A stretch of DNA of 64,000 nt from Candidatus Norongarragalinales archaeon (GTDB lineage Archaea > Micrarchaeota > Micrarchaeia > Norongarragalinales > Norongarragalinaceae). The stretch's first letter is position 1. Every line of letters starts with the position of its first letter. The stretch is from assembly GCA_038884755.1 (NCBI GenBank), contig JAWABJ010000001.1, positions 352,001-416,000 on the forward strand, read 5' to 3'. Of this stretch, positions 28,177 to 37,268 are shown in pieces. Position numbers and translations under genes: made by a program. The notes under the pieces were generated by a model. The model did no database searches. It saw only the letters and a program-made list of their open reading frames with translations, and was not told the DNA's origin.

Positions 28177-29030
28177 AGCAACGCCGCAGCCAAGGCGAAG
28201 GCAATAGCGCCTCCGGCGAAAGTGCTGAAGAAATTCACCGAATCGTTGTCTATTTGCCTAAACCCTCGCACGAGCTTGGTTTTCGTCCCGCACTTGTGCA
28301 CGGTTTTCTCCGTCTCAGCCCTGCACTTGGCGCAATAAAAGTTCGCTTGAACGGTAGCCCCGAGAAGGCTGTCTGCAAGAGAGCCGGCAAAGCCCGCAAA
28401 GGTTATCAAAAGCAAAAACCTTCCTCCGCCCACGAACTGGTCGAAAAACAGCGGCCCGAGCAAAGCAAGCTCAACCGAATTGTTCAACACGTTGAGCAAA
28501 ACCGCGGCGAGGGCTATGAAAAACGCGCCGGCAAGGGAAACCAGCAACCCTCTCACTGAAACCGCCCCGCTCAACCCCGCCTTCACTTGCCTGAAAGTGG
28601 TTATCAGCCACGTTTTCTTGCTCAAAACCCCGAGTTCGGTGGCCCACGTGTCTGCGGTTGCAGTTGCAATCACGGCGGTGTAAGCTGCAAACAACTCAGG
28701 CTTGGGGTCGAGAAAATAGCCCACCGCGACCAGCGCGGGCAACGCGCCGTTGGCTACAACCTGCCAAAAGTCTCGCGTGCCGCCCTTCGCGAATTCCGAG
28801 TAGGCGTTTTGCTTCATTTTCTCCTTGTAGCGCGTCAACAACGCCGACGAAAGGAAGAACAGCACCAAGAGCGTGAGCCAAGTCCACCCTCCGAAGGCGA
28901 ACACGCTCACGCCGATGAACCACGCGGCTACCGTGCCGCCGTCGGTCAACTCGCGCTTTTTGAACGCGTAAATAGCCAAAAGCAGGCTTACAATCAGCCC
29001 CACCAGCACGTTAATCTGCTCGAAAGCCAT
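28173..29030 (-). CDS. DUF92/TMEM19 family membrane protein
   Basis: LTDGG, RDFWQVVANG, ADTWATELG, G.SGAVS..G, DSLLGATVQ, DNDSVNF. Confidence 0.9.
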   Translation of the reverse strand: MAFEQINVLVGLIVSLLLAIYAFKKRELTDGGTVAAWFIGVSVFAFGGWTWLTLLVLFFLSSALLTRYKEKMKQNAYSEFAKGGTRDFWQVVANGALPALVAVGYFLDPKPELFAAYTAVIATATADTWATELGVLSKKTWLITTFRQVKAGLSGAVSVRGLLVSLAGAFFIALAAVLLNVLNNSVELALLGPLFFDQFVGGGRFLLLITFAGFAGSLADSLLGATVQANFYCAKCRAETEKTVHKCGTKTKLVRGFRQIDNDSVNFFSTFAGGAIAFALAAALL

Positions 29031-29115
29031 TTTACCCCTCAAACCCGCGTTTCTACAGAAAGCTTTTCGCAACCTCAAACTAATAAAAGCATTGCAAGAC
29101 AAAAGATTTTCTTGC

Positions 29116-29329
29116 GCCTCAGTAGCTCAGAGGTAGAGCGTTCGCCTCGTAGCCCAGCTTTTCTTTTGTAAAAGAAAAGCTAGGCGCTGCAAAAGAAAAC
29201 AGTTTGCAGACGCCGGAAAAGAAAAAGCTTGGTGCGGTAAAAGAAAACCGCGCGTAGTAAAAGAAACGAATAGTTTTTCTTTGGCGGCGAGCCAGCGAAA
29301 GGTCGGGAGTTCAAGTCTCCCCTGAGGCT
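29116..29329 (+). tRNA. tRNA-Thr(CGT) with 142-nt intron at 37/38 (29152..29293)
   Basis: GCCTCAG/CTGAGGC acceptor, TTCGC-CT-CGT-A|intron|A-GCGAA, BHB helix CTCG/CGAG, GTTCAAGTC, U73. Confidence 0.92.
29152..29283 (+). repeat. Five tandem AAAAGAAA(A) hairpin modules in the tRNA-Thr intron
   Basis: Motif starts at 29170, 29191, 29217, 29239, 29259; complements at 29159 and about 29275. Confidence 0.85.
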
Positions 29330-29348
29330 CTAAAAAAAGGTTGTGCGC

Positions 29349-30023
29349 ATGGACTACGCAGGGATTGAAAAAAAAATTTCGCTGTTGTGGCCTTTTGCTT
29401 TCGTGCCCGCAACGCTCTACGCCGCTAAAGCTTTCGGGCACCTGGCTGCGACAGTGCTTTTGAGCGCGTTGTTTTTCTTCCTTTTCGTGCGCCGCGCGGA
29501 CGTTAAAACCAGGCGGCTGATGATAGTGCTCGCGGTTTTCTCGGCGGTTTTCGAAACCGCGAACGTTGGCGTGGGCGCTTACAAATACTCGGGAACGATA
29601 GCCACGCCGGTGTGGATTTCGATAGGCTGGGGGATTCTCGGCTGGTGGCTTGCAAGCCTGGAAAAGGAATTTGCCAAAATCGGCTTCAAAACCGCATTTG
29701 CGGCAATTTGCGTGATGCTGGTAGCCTTCCCGTTCTACAACAACACGCTTTCGGCAAGCTCGGCGATAGCCATCGCGGGGTTGTACATGCTCTCTTTGTG
29801 CGTGTCGCAGCCTTTCTCGATTTACGCTTTCACCGCGTTGTTCGGAATGATTGCAGAGTACGCGGGCACTGCGGTTGGAGTGTGGACTTACTACAGCGCC
29901 GCCGGAAGCGGAATTCCCGTCCAGCCGGACCTTGCTTTCCTTGCATTGGCTTATTCGCTCATACTCGCGTTTTGCTTCTGGACTTCCGGCTTTGAAGGCA
30001 AAATCGACAGGAAACGACGTTAG
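29349..30023 (+). CDS. Multi-pass membrane protein with internal repeat (E...V..G.(W/Y).Y)
   Basis: FETANVGVGAYKY / AEYAGTAVGVWTY repeated halves. Confidence 0.6.
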   Translation: MDYAGIEKKISLLWPFAFVPATLYAAKAFGHLAATVLLSALFFFLFVRRADVKTRRLMIVLAVFSAVFETANVGVGAYKYSGTIATPVWISIGWGILGWWLASLEKEFAKIGFKTAFAAICVMLVAFPFYNNTLSASSAIAIAGLYMLSLCVSQPFSIYAFTALFGMIAEYAGTAVGVWTYYSAAGSGIPVQPDLAFLALAYSLILAFCFWTSGFEGKIDRKRR

Positions 30024-30079
30024 TTAACTTATTAATTCGACAGGGCTTTTGTTTCTTCAACAAGCAGGGGTGGGGTTTT

Positions 30080-31666
30080 TTGAAATTCGGCAAAGAACTT
30101 TCTTTAAGGGCGTTGTTCTTAGGCGCGTTGCTTTCGGTTTGCGTCGCAGCCTACTCCGCGTTCGCGGGGCTCAAGATAGGCGGGGTTTACTGGCCGATAG
30201 TCACCACTTCGCTCGTTTCCCTCGCCTTGCTCAAGGTTTTGGGCGGAACGAGTTCGAAAGAAATCGCGGTAATGCAGACTGCGGGAAGCTCGGGCGGGCT
30301 TTTGGCTGCAGGCGTTATTTTCACTATTCCCGCCGCTTGGATGCTTGGCTTGAGCGTTACGGTCTACGACATCATCCTGATTTCCCTCACCGGAGGCATT
30401 TTGGGCGTAATGTTCAGTTACCCTTTGAGGAAACAGCTGGTCGAACGCGAGGCGTTGCCTTGCGCGGACGGGACTGCAGCCGCGAGTTTGATTAAAGCTG
30501 GGGATTCGAAAGGCGAAAAAGCGAAGGCTCTTTTCTACGCTTTTTCAGCCGGCGCCGCGTTCAGCGTGCTGCGCGATTGGTTCAAGGCAATTCCCGGGTT
30601 CGTGAATTTGGACACGCTCAAGGTGAACGCGGGAAACTTTTCCCTCGGCTCCGCAATTTCGCTCATCCCGCTTGCAGGCGGGTTTTTGATAGGCCCGCGC
30701 TTTACGCTCGCGTGGTTTTTGGGCGCGGCAGCCACGTTCTTCGCCTTGATTCCCTACGCTCTTTCGACAGGGCTGTACTCGGCTAAAGGGCAGGTGTTGG
30801 CCGAAATCGCCAGGCCGCTGGGAGTGGGAATAGTCCTCGGCGCGGCAATCGCCTATTTTGCGTTGAAAGGCATTCCTGCGATGGGGCGCGTGGTTCAAGA
30901 CTACAAAAACGCCAAGTGGGGCAAGCACGCCGGCTTGCTTTTGATCGTTTCCGTGGGCGTTTTGACGGTGGTTTCGCAAATGGACGCGCTCGTTTCGGCA
31001 ATAGCGATTATCGGGGCTTTCGCAATGGCGTACGTTGCGGCGAGAATCACGGGCGAAATGAACGTAGACCCGATGGAAATCTTCGCCATGCTGATAATGC
31101 TTTTTGCAAAACTGTTCTTGGGCACCGCCGCATTTCCGTTGGTCGTCATCGCGGCAGTGGTCACCATTGCGGCGGGAATGGCGGGCGACATGATGCAAGA
31201 CTTGAAGGCGGGGCATTTGCTTGGAGTAAAGCCCGAAAGCCAGATGGTCGCGCAAACGGTCGGGCTGGTTGCAGCTTCGCTGGTGATAGGCGCGATAGTA
31301 ATTTCGATAAACGGCGCTTACGGAATCGGCGGGGTGGACTTTCCGGCGCCGCAGGCAGTTGCAGTCAAGGAAGTAGTCCAAAGTGCCGGACTCTCGCAAG
31401 TAATGATTGCGGGGATATTGCTGGGGGCGCTCGCAACGATAGCTTCAAGCAAAATCGGCTGGGGCATAGTTCCAGTCGCGTTCGGAATCGGGCTTTACGT
31501 GCCCATCGAATTGAGCTTTCCGCTTTTCATCGGAGGCTTGGTCCGCTACGCTTCCGACAAGGCGGGTAAAACCGAAAGCCGCCGCATTGCCGCGGCAGGG
31601 CTGATTGCGGGCGAAGGGCTGGTGGGCGTGGTGCTGTCGCTCGCCGGCTTCGCGGCGATACTGTAG
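30080..31666 (+). CDS. OPT-family oligopeptide transporter
   Basis: ELSLRA, GLKIG, QTAGS, IFTIPA, DGTAAA, QDLKAGHLLG, PAPQA, GLIAGEG. Confidence 0.92.
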   Translation: MKFGKELSLRALFLGALLSVCVAAYSAFAGLKIGGVYWPIVTTSLVSLALLKVLGGTSSKEIAVMQTAGSSGGLLAAGVIFTIPAAWMLGLSVTVYDIILISLTGGILGVMFSYPLRKQLVEREALPCADGTAAASLIKAGDSKGEKAKALFYAFSAGAAFSVLRDWFKAIPGFVNLDTLKVNAGNFSLGSAISLIPLAGGFLIGPRFTLAWFLGAAATFFALIPYALSTGLYSAKGQVLAEIARPLGVGIVLGAAIAYFALKGIPAMGRVVQDYKNAKWGKHAGLLLIVSVGVLTVVSQMDALVSAIAIIGAFAMAYVAARITGEMNVDPMEIFAMLIMLFAKLFLGTAAFPLVVIAAVVTIAAGMAGDMMQDLKAGHLLGVKPESQMVAQTVGLVAASLVIGAIVISINGAYGIGGVDFPAPQAVAVKEVVQSAGLSQVMIAGILLGALATIASSKIGWGIVPVAFGIGLYVPIELSFPLFIGGLVRYASDKAGKTESRRIAAAGLIAGEGLVGVVLSLAGFAAIL

Positions 31667-31692
31667 AAGCTTTCTAAAAAGGCGCATTGCAA

Positions 31693-32451
31693 ATGCTGGG
31701 CATTGACTTCGGCGGGTCGTACGCCGACTGCGTTGTTTCGAAAAAAGGAAGGATTTTGTTTTCCTATTCCACCCCCGCAAAAGACTTCGAAGAGAAAAAG
31801 CTTTTTTCCGAAATCGAAAGCCGCGGATTGCTGTTCGGAGGAATCCGCGTTACCGGAATGCGCAAGCGCCTGCAAAAAAAGTTCAAGCGGGTGGGCGAGA
31901 TTGAAAGCATCGCGCTGGGGGCAAGGGTGCTGTCACGAGAAAAAGATTTTGTTGCGGCTAGCGTAGGAACCGGAACGGCAATAGCGGCGTTCAAAAACCA
32001 AAAGGCTTTCCACGCCGGCGGCACTGCAGTGGGCGGAGGGACCCTAGAAGGGCTTTCGAGGCTGTTGCTGGGCTGCAATGCCGTGCAAGCCCACGCCCTT
32101 GCCTTGAAAGGCAGAAGCGTTTTGGACATAAGCGTCGGCGACATTGCCGGAGGGCGGGTGGGAATGGTCCCCGGAAACGCCACTGCAAGCAATTTCGGGG
32201 CTGCGGCGAAAAACGCAAGAAAACAGGATGTTGCAAAATCGTTGTTCAACATGGTCGGGGAAACGGCGGGAGTCTGCGCCAGCCTGGCCGCCCAAAAAAC
32301 GGGAGTGCGCAAAGCAGTTTTCGTCGGAAGGGCAAGCGCTTTCCCGCTAATCCGCACCAGCGCGGAACGCGCTTGCAAGCTTTACTCGGTAAAAGCCGTT
32401 TTTCCGGAAAACGGGGAGTTGGCGACGGCACTGGGAGCTTCGCTCCAGTGA
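31693..32451 (+). CDS. Type II pantothenate kinase (CoaW/Fumble-like)
   Basis: GIDFGGS, VGE, SVGTGT, GGTAVGGGTLEGL, DISVGDI, TASNFG, ATALGA. Confidence 0.8.
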   Translation: MLGIDFGGSYADCVVSKKGRILFSYSTPAKDFEEKKLFSEIESRGLLFGGIRVTGMRKRLQKKFKRVGEIESIALGARVLSREKDFVAASVGTGTAIAAFKNQKAFHAGGTAVGGGTLEGLSRLLLGCNAVQAHALALKGRSVLDISVGDIAGGRVGMVPGNATASNFGAAAKNARKQDVAKSLFNMVGETAGVCASLAAQKTGVRKAVFVGRASAFPLIRTSAERACKLYSVKAVFPENGELATALGASLQ

Positions 32452-32514
32452 ACGAACGCGGCCCGCGCCCCCCCAAAAAAAACTTTTAAAAACAAGGGAA
32501 AATTAATCAAAACC

Positions 32515-33171
32515 GTGGGAAGAACGGATTTTGCAAAAGCCTCATTCTTGCTAGCAGCCGTTTCCCTGGTTTTCGCTTTCGGAGGCGGCGGGGGCGGAGG
32601 GGGAGGCGGCGAAAGCGGCGGCGGTGACGTTTTCATAACCCCCAGCCCGACAGTAACCGCAACTCCCTTGTGCGAACAAACCACGCTCAAGGAACGGGTG
32701 AAATGCAGGCTTTCAATCGAAGCAGAAGACGCGCTCCCCTATACGCCCGAAGCGTGCCGGGCTTTGGCCGGCGGGGAGAAAATTGCATGCGTGGCAAAAT
32801 ACAACCTAATCCAACCCTGCAGGAAGCTTGAGGGCGACGAAGAGCGCGTGGATTGCGTAAAGCAAAAACTGCAGTTGCGTGCGATAAGCGAAGAGAAAAC
32901 CCCTTCGTGCTTGAAAAACCGCGCTTGCATGGACAGGCTTAAGCAAAAAGTTTTCGACGTCGTTGAATTCAGGATTTACAACCTGGAAGAGCGGGCCGAA
33001 GCCTACCGAGCGTCAAACGAAGGCTTGGTGATCGACTTCATAGCACAAATGGAAGACAAAAAACAGGAATTCAAAAACGCGCTTTCAATCGAAGCTAAGA
33101 AAGACGTCGTCCGAAGCATAGGCCGGATTTGGGCGGAGTTCAGGGACAGCGTTTCGGGGGAAGGACAGTGA
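32515..33171 (+). CDS. Secreted Cys-rich helical protein with poly-Gly
   Basis: Signal peptide, G9 run, eight Cys. Confidence 0.6.
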   Translation: MGRTDFAKASFLLAAVSLVFAFGGGGGGGGGGESGGGDVFITPSPTVTATPLCEQTTLKERVKCRLSIEAEDALPYTPEACRALAGGEKIACVAKYNLIQPCRKLEGDEERVDCVKQKLQLRAISEEKTPSCLKNRACMDRLKQKVFDVVEFRIYNLEERAEAYRASNEGLVIDFIAQMEDKKQEFKNALSIEAKKDVVRSIGRIWAEFRDSVSGEGQ

Positions 33172-33389
33172 AAATTCTTTTTGTGGCGTTCGTTTTGGCT
33201 TCAGTCCTTTTTTCAGGCTGCGCCCAGCAGCAGGCGCAACCGACGCCCACGGAAACTCCGGAAAATGCCGCGCCTTCGGTTCAAGCGGCTGAAGAGGCAG
33301 CCGAACAGCCTACGCCCGGCATGGACGAGATTGACCCGGAACTGCAGAAAGCTTTGGAAGAATTGGACGGAATTTCCGGCATAGGGTAA
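33168..33389 (+). CDS. Small acidic lipoprotein
   Basis: GTG start overlapping previous stop; MKILF...LFSGC lipobox. Confidence 0.65.
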   Translation: MKILFVAFVLASVLFSGCAQQQAQPTPTETPENAAPSVQAAEEAAEQPTPGMDEIDPELQKALEELDGISGIG

Positions 33390-33429
33390 GTAAAGCTATT
33401 TCTACCCGCGTTTCCACAAGTTTTTCTTT

Positions 33430-34104
33430 ATGGCACTCAAAGCGGCACTCCTGGATTTGGACGACACGCTCGTCGACTTCTTGAAAATGAAGCGCAACAG
33501 CGTAATGGCGGCAGCTAAAGCCATGCGCGCTGCGGGATTGAAAATGAGCGAGCAGGAAGCGTTCGAAAAAATCTTCGCGATTTACGAAAAGCACGGTTGG
33601 GAAGACCAAAAGGCGTTCCAAAGGCTTTTGCACAAGACGAGCGGAAAAATCGACTACAAAATCCTGGCGCACGGCATACTCGCGTACCGCAAGGAAAAGA
33701 CGGCGCGCTTGGCCTTGCACGACAGCGTCAAGGAAACGCTCAACGCGCTGAAAGCAAAAGGCTTGAAGTTGGGCATAGTTACGGACGCGCCCAAGCTGCA
33801 GGCGTACACGCGGCTGGTCGCGTTGGGAATAGAAGATTACTTCGACGCAGTCGTTTGTTTCGAGGACACTAGGGCTTACAAGCCGAGCGAGCTTCCGTTC
33901 AAGAAAGCCCTTTCCCAACTCGGCCTCAAGCCGCAGGAAGTGTTGTTCGTCGGAGACTGGCTCGACAGGGACATCATCGGAGCGGGCAAAGTCGGGATGA
34001 AAACCGCCTGGGCGAAGTACGGCGACGAGGAGAAGAAGCTGAAGGACGGCGTCAAGCCCGACTTCGTCCTCGAAAGCTTCCGCGATTTGCTTAAAATAGT
34101 TTAA
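33430..34104 (+). CDS. HAD-superfamily hydrolase (subfamily IA)
   Basis: DLDDTL, IVTD, KP, VGDWLDRDIIGA. Confidence 0.92.
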   Translation: MALKAALLDLDDTLVDFLKMKRNSVMAAAKAMRAAGLKMSEQEAFEKIFAIYEKHGWEDQKAFQRLLHKTSGKIDYKILAHGILAYRKEKTARLALHDSVKETLNALKAKGLKLGIVTDAPKLQAYTRLVALGIEDYFDAVVCFEDTRAYKPSELPFKKALSQLGLKPQEVLFVGDWLDRDIIGAGKVGMKTAWAKYGDEEKKLKDGVKPDFVLESFRDLLKIV

Positions 34105-34153
34105 AAGAGAAACGTATAAATATTGGCTTATGCGGTATTAATCCGGAATTAAT

Positions 34154-34399
34154 ATGGTCCAAGCTCTCGTCAATATATCAGACCACACCAACCGCATTTT
34201 GAACGTAATTAAGGCTAAGCACGGCTTGAAAGATAAAAGCCAAGCGATTGATGCAATGGCTACTGAATATGAGGAAGAAATTCTTGAGCCTGAATTTCGG
34301 CCTGAGTTTGTAAAGAAGATACTTAAACAACAAGAACTCATCAAGAAAGGCAGAATAAAAACGAGAAAACTAAACAGCCTTGATGAATTGCTTGACTAA
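34154..34399 (+). CDS. Putative antitoxin (DUF2683-like)
   Basis: MVQALVNI...NRILNVIKAKHGLKDKSQAI, LEPEFRPEF; immediately upstream of RelE-like gene. Confidence 0.75.
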   Translation: MVQALVNISDHTNRILNVIKAKHGLKDKSQAIDAMATEYEEEILEPEFRPEFVKKILKQQELIKKGRIKTRKLNSLDELLD

Positions 34400-34402
34400 C
34401 GC

Positions 34403-34672
34403 TTGACATACATCATAGAATACACGGATGATTGCAAACGTGAAATAAAAAAAGCAGCCCGAAGGAATAATGAACTCCAGAATGCTTTGGGCAGCCAGAT
34501 TAGAAAATTAATGGCAAACCCAATGCAAGGAAAACCATTGAGGGCGCCATTAGCGGGCTTCTGGAGCGTTCACGTTTTAGGTTCTTTCGTCTTTATTTAT
34601 GAGATTGTTGAAAAAGATAATAAAGTCATATTGCACAGTTTTGCTCATCATGACGAAGCATATGGCCGCTAG
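34403..34672 (+). CDS. RelE/ParE-family toxin
   Basis: Y.IEYT, NP..GKPLRAPLAG.WSVHV, FIYEI, HHDEAY. Confidence 0.85.
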   Translation: MTYIIEYTDDCKREIKKAARRNNELQNALGSQIRKLMANPMQGKPLRAPLAGFWSVHVLGSFVFIYEIVEKDNKVILHSFAHHDEAYGR

Positions 34673-34678
34673 AAAAGG

Positions 34679-35005
34679 TTGGTTAAGTTGAAGGCTCACG
34701 CGTTTTTGTTCGACTCGAAGGACTTGCAGGCTTTGAAAAAAATCCTCGAGGCTGAACCTTACGCTGAGGATTCTTTCGCGCGCGCGGGCTACGTGCTCAA
34801 GGAAAGCTCGGCAGTGGGATTGCCTGCAGGCAAATACGCGGTTTTCTTCAAGGCTGAAGACGCGGCTGCGGCGAAGTTCGAGGAAAAACTCAAGCAAATC
34901 CCTTCCTTTGCCAAAGCTACGACCGAAGAGCTGGCGAAAATAAGCGATGTTATCGAAAGGGAAGAAAACTCGGCGGCCGAAGGCTTCGGAAGCATTTTCG
35001 GATAA
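34679..35005 (+). CDS. Conserved hypothetical protein
   Basis: Host-like codon use; SFARAGY and C-terminal AAEGFGSIFG. Confidence 0.6.
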   Translation: MVKLKAHAFLFDSKDLQALKKILEAEPYAEDSFARAGYVLKESSAVGLPAGKYAVFFKAEDAAAAKFEEKLKQIPSFAKATTEELAKISDVIEREENSAAEGFGSIFG

Positions 35006-35049
35006 GCGCATTAGCACATTGCTTTTTATTTCAAAAACGTAATCTCCTT

Positions 35050-36000
35050 ATGATTCGCGCTTTCGCTTCGTTCGGGAAAAAGGTAAAAGAAATTGCCCCT
35101 TCCGAAGCCAAAAAGTACGTCCGCGACGCGACGCACAACGTTTGGATTAACTTCGAAAAACCCACTGCGAAGGAAAACGACTTCTTGAAGGAACTCGGCT
35201 TCCACCCGCTGAGCGTGGAAGACACGATTAAAGGAAGGCAAAGGCCGAAAATCGAGGATTACGAGGATTACGGGTACATAGTAATCCGCACCCTTGAAAC
35301 AACGGAAAAAGGTTCGACCGCGCAACTTTCCATTTTTCTCGGAAAAACGTTCATAGTCACTTATGCTTCGGCAATGGTTCCCAGCTTGCAGCAGGTGATG
35401 GACGAAATCAAGGCAAAACCTAACATCCTGCTCAAGGGACACGATTTTCTCGCTTACGCGGTCATCGACGCGCTGGTCGACGAGTTTTTCCCGATTTTGG
35501 AGAGCATGGACGACGAGCTGGAAGAGCTGGAAGACAGGATTTTCGTAAAGGCCGACGCGCGCATGGTCTCGCGGCTTTTCAAGCTCAAGCGAAAGCTCGT
35601 GGAAGTGCGCAGGGTGCTCATTCCCATGCGCGACATTCTCAACGTCCTCTCGCGAAGGGACTACGCGTACATAGACGCGCGAACCGCAATCTACTTCCGC
35701 GACGTTTACGACCATTTAATACGCCTTGCCGACATGACCGACACCTTGAGGGAATTAGTGACAACGGCTATGGAAGGGTATTTGAGCGTAATAAGCAACA
35801 ACCTCAACTTCATAATGAAACGCCTTACTGCCATAACCGTGGTGCTCATGGTTCCCACGCTTCTTGCGAGCATATACGGGATGAACGTGGTGAACCTTCC
35901 CCTGGCGCAGGAAGGCCAGGGCTTTTGGGAAATAATAGGCATAATGGTTTTGCTGAGCGCCGTTTCCATATACTACTTCAAGCAAAAGGAATGGATGTGA
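35050..36000 (+). CDS. corA: Magnesium/cobalt transporter CorA
   Basis: FHPLSVED, QRPKIE, YFRDVYDH, YGMN, two C-terminal TM. Confidence 0.95.
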   Translation: MIRAFASFGKKVKEIAPSEAKKYVRDATHNVWINFEKPTAKENDFLKELGFHPLSVEDTIKGRQRPKIEDYEDYGYIVIRTLETTEKGSTAQLSIFLGKTFIVTYASAMVPSLQQVMDEIKAKPNILLKGHDFLAYAVIDALVDEFFPILESMDDELEELEDRIFVKADARMVSRLFKLKRKLVEVRRVLIPMRDILNVLSRRDYAYIDARTAIYFRDVYDHLIRLADMTDTLRELVTTAMEGYLSVISNNLNFIMKRLTAITVVLMVPTLLASIYGMNVVNLPLAQEGQGFWEIIGIMVLLSAVSIYYFKQKEWM

Positions 36001-36049
36001 AGCGTTAAAGGGCAAAAGTAGTTTAAGCTTATCCGAGAAAATCAATTCG

Positions 36050-36514
36050 GTGGGTTTATTGCAAGTTTTCCTGGCTTCAGACCACGCCGGCTTCAAGCTG
36101 AAGGAATTCATCAAAACCGTGTTGAAGGAAAAAGGCTTTGAAGTCGTCGATTTCGGCACTAAAGACGAGCAGCCTTGCGACTACCCGGACTTCGTCATTC
36201 CGGCGAGCGAAGCCGTCGCTAAAAGCAACGGCGGTGCGATGGGCGTGGTGTTCGGCGGAACAGGTATAGGCGAAGCCATAGCATCAAACAAAGTCAGGGG
36301 AATACGCTGCGCGTTCGCGTACGACTCGTTCACCGCTAAAATGACTCGCGAGCACAACGACTCGAACGTGCTCGCGCTTGGCGGGAGGACGGTCACAAGC
36401 AACGCGGAACTGGCGAAAGAAATCGTTTTAACGTGGCTCTCCACGCCCTTTTCGAACGACGAGAGGCACGTGAGGCGTATAAAAAAAATTTCCGATTACG
36501 AAAGCAAAAGCTGA
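36050..36514 (+). CDS. rpiB: Ribose-5-phosphate isomerase B
   Basis: ASDHAG, DYPD, GGTGIG, NKVRGIR, REHNDSN, RHVRRI. Confidence 0.95.
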   Translation: MGLLQVFLASDHAGFKLKEFIKTVLKEKGFEVVDFGTKDEQPCDYPDFVIPASEAVAKSNGGAMGVVFGGTGIGEAIASNKVRGIRCAFAYDSFTAKMTREHNDSNVLALGGRTVTSNAELAKEIVLTWLSTPFSNDERHVRRIKKISDYESKS

Positions 36515-36530
36515 AACGGGTGCCCGCCGC

Positions 36531-37193
36531 ATGGCTGAAATCTCGCCTTCAATACTCGCTGCCGACTACTCGAAGATTTTCGAGATCGTGCAAAAGTTGG
36601 AAGGCAGGGCGAAGAGCATACACGTCGACGTGATGGACAACAAATTCGTTCCTAATTACACTCTTGACCGGTTCAACCCGGAGTTCATGCGCAAGCTCGA
36701 CGGGATTAGCGTAACCAAAAACGTCCACTTGATGGTCGAAGACAATTTGCATTGGACTAAAGAATTTTGCAAAGCGGGAAGCGACGAAATAGCGTTTCAC
36801 GTTGAAGCCGGCAAGACGGTCGAGTGCATCGAGCTCGTTCGCGATTACGGCATCAAGGCTGGCTTGGCCATAAAACCCAAAACCCAGCCGAAGGAAATAG
36901 AGCATTTCCTGCCGCGACTTGATTTTGTGTTGGTAATGAGCGTAGAACCCGGGTTTGCAGGACAAAAGTTCATGCCTAATGCGTTGTCCAAGCTAAAGTG
37001 GCTCCGCGAGCATTATGTTGAAGCACACGGCGGAAAAGTGTGGGTGGACGGCGGCGTGACCGCCGAAAACGCGCGGCAGTGCGCCGAAGCTGGAGCAAGC
37101 GTTTTAGTCGCCGCGAAAGCGGTTTTCAGCGTGGGCGGCGATTTCCTCGAAAACCTTTCCGGACTGCAAAGGAAAATCGGAGAAAAGACTTGA
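36531..37193 (+). CDS. rpe: Ribulose-phosphate 3-epimerase
   Basis: ISPSILAAD, HVDVMD..FVPN, HLMV, MSVEPGFAGQKF, VDGG. Confidence 0.95.
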   Translation: MAEISPSILAADYSKIFEIVQKLEGRAKSIHVDVMDNKFVPNYTLDRFNPEFMRKLDGISVTKNVHLMVEDNLHWTKEFCKAGSDEIAFHVEAGKTVECIELVRDYGIKAGLAIKPKTQPKEIEHFLPRLDFVLVMSVEPGFAGQKFMPNALSKLKWLREHYVEAHGGKVWVDGGVTAENARQCAEAGASVLVAAKAVFSVGGDFLENLSGLQRKIGEKT

Positions 37194-37268
37194 AATCTCT
37201 TTACGGCAAGCTTTTTATACAGGTTGCAGTAATCGCTCTATCTTTCCAGTTTGGAGGGGGATGTTTGA

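Noticed and set aside
29152..29293. CRISPR array interpretation of the intron repeats
   Set aside because: Constant part is only 8-9 nt, period 20-26 nt, inside a tRNA, no cas genes.
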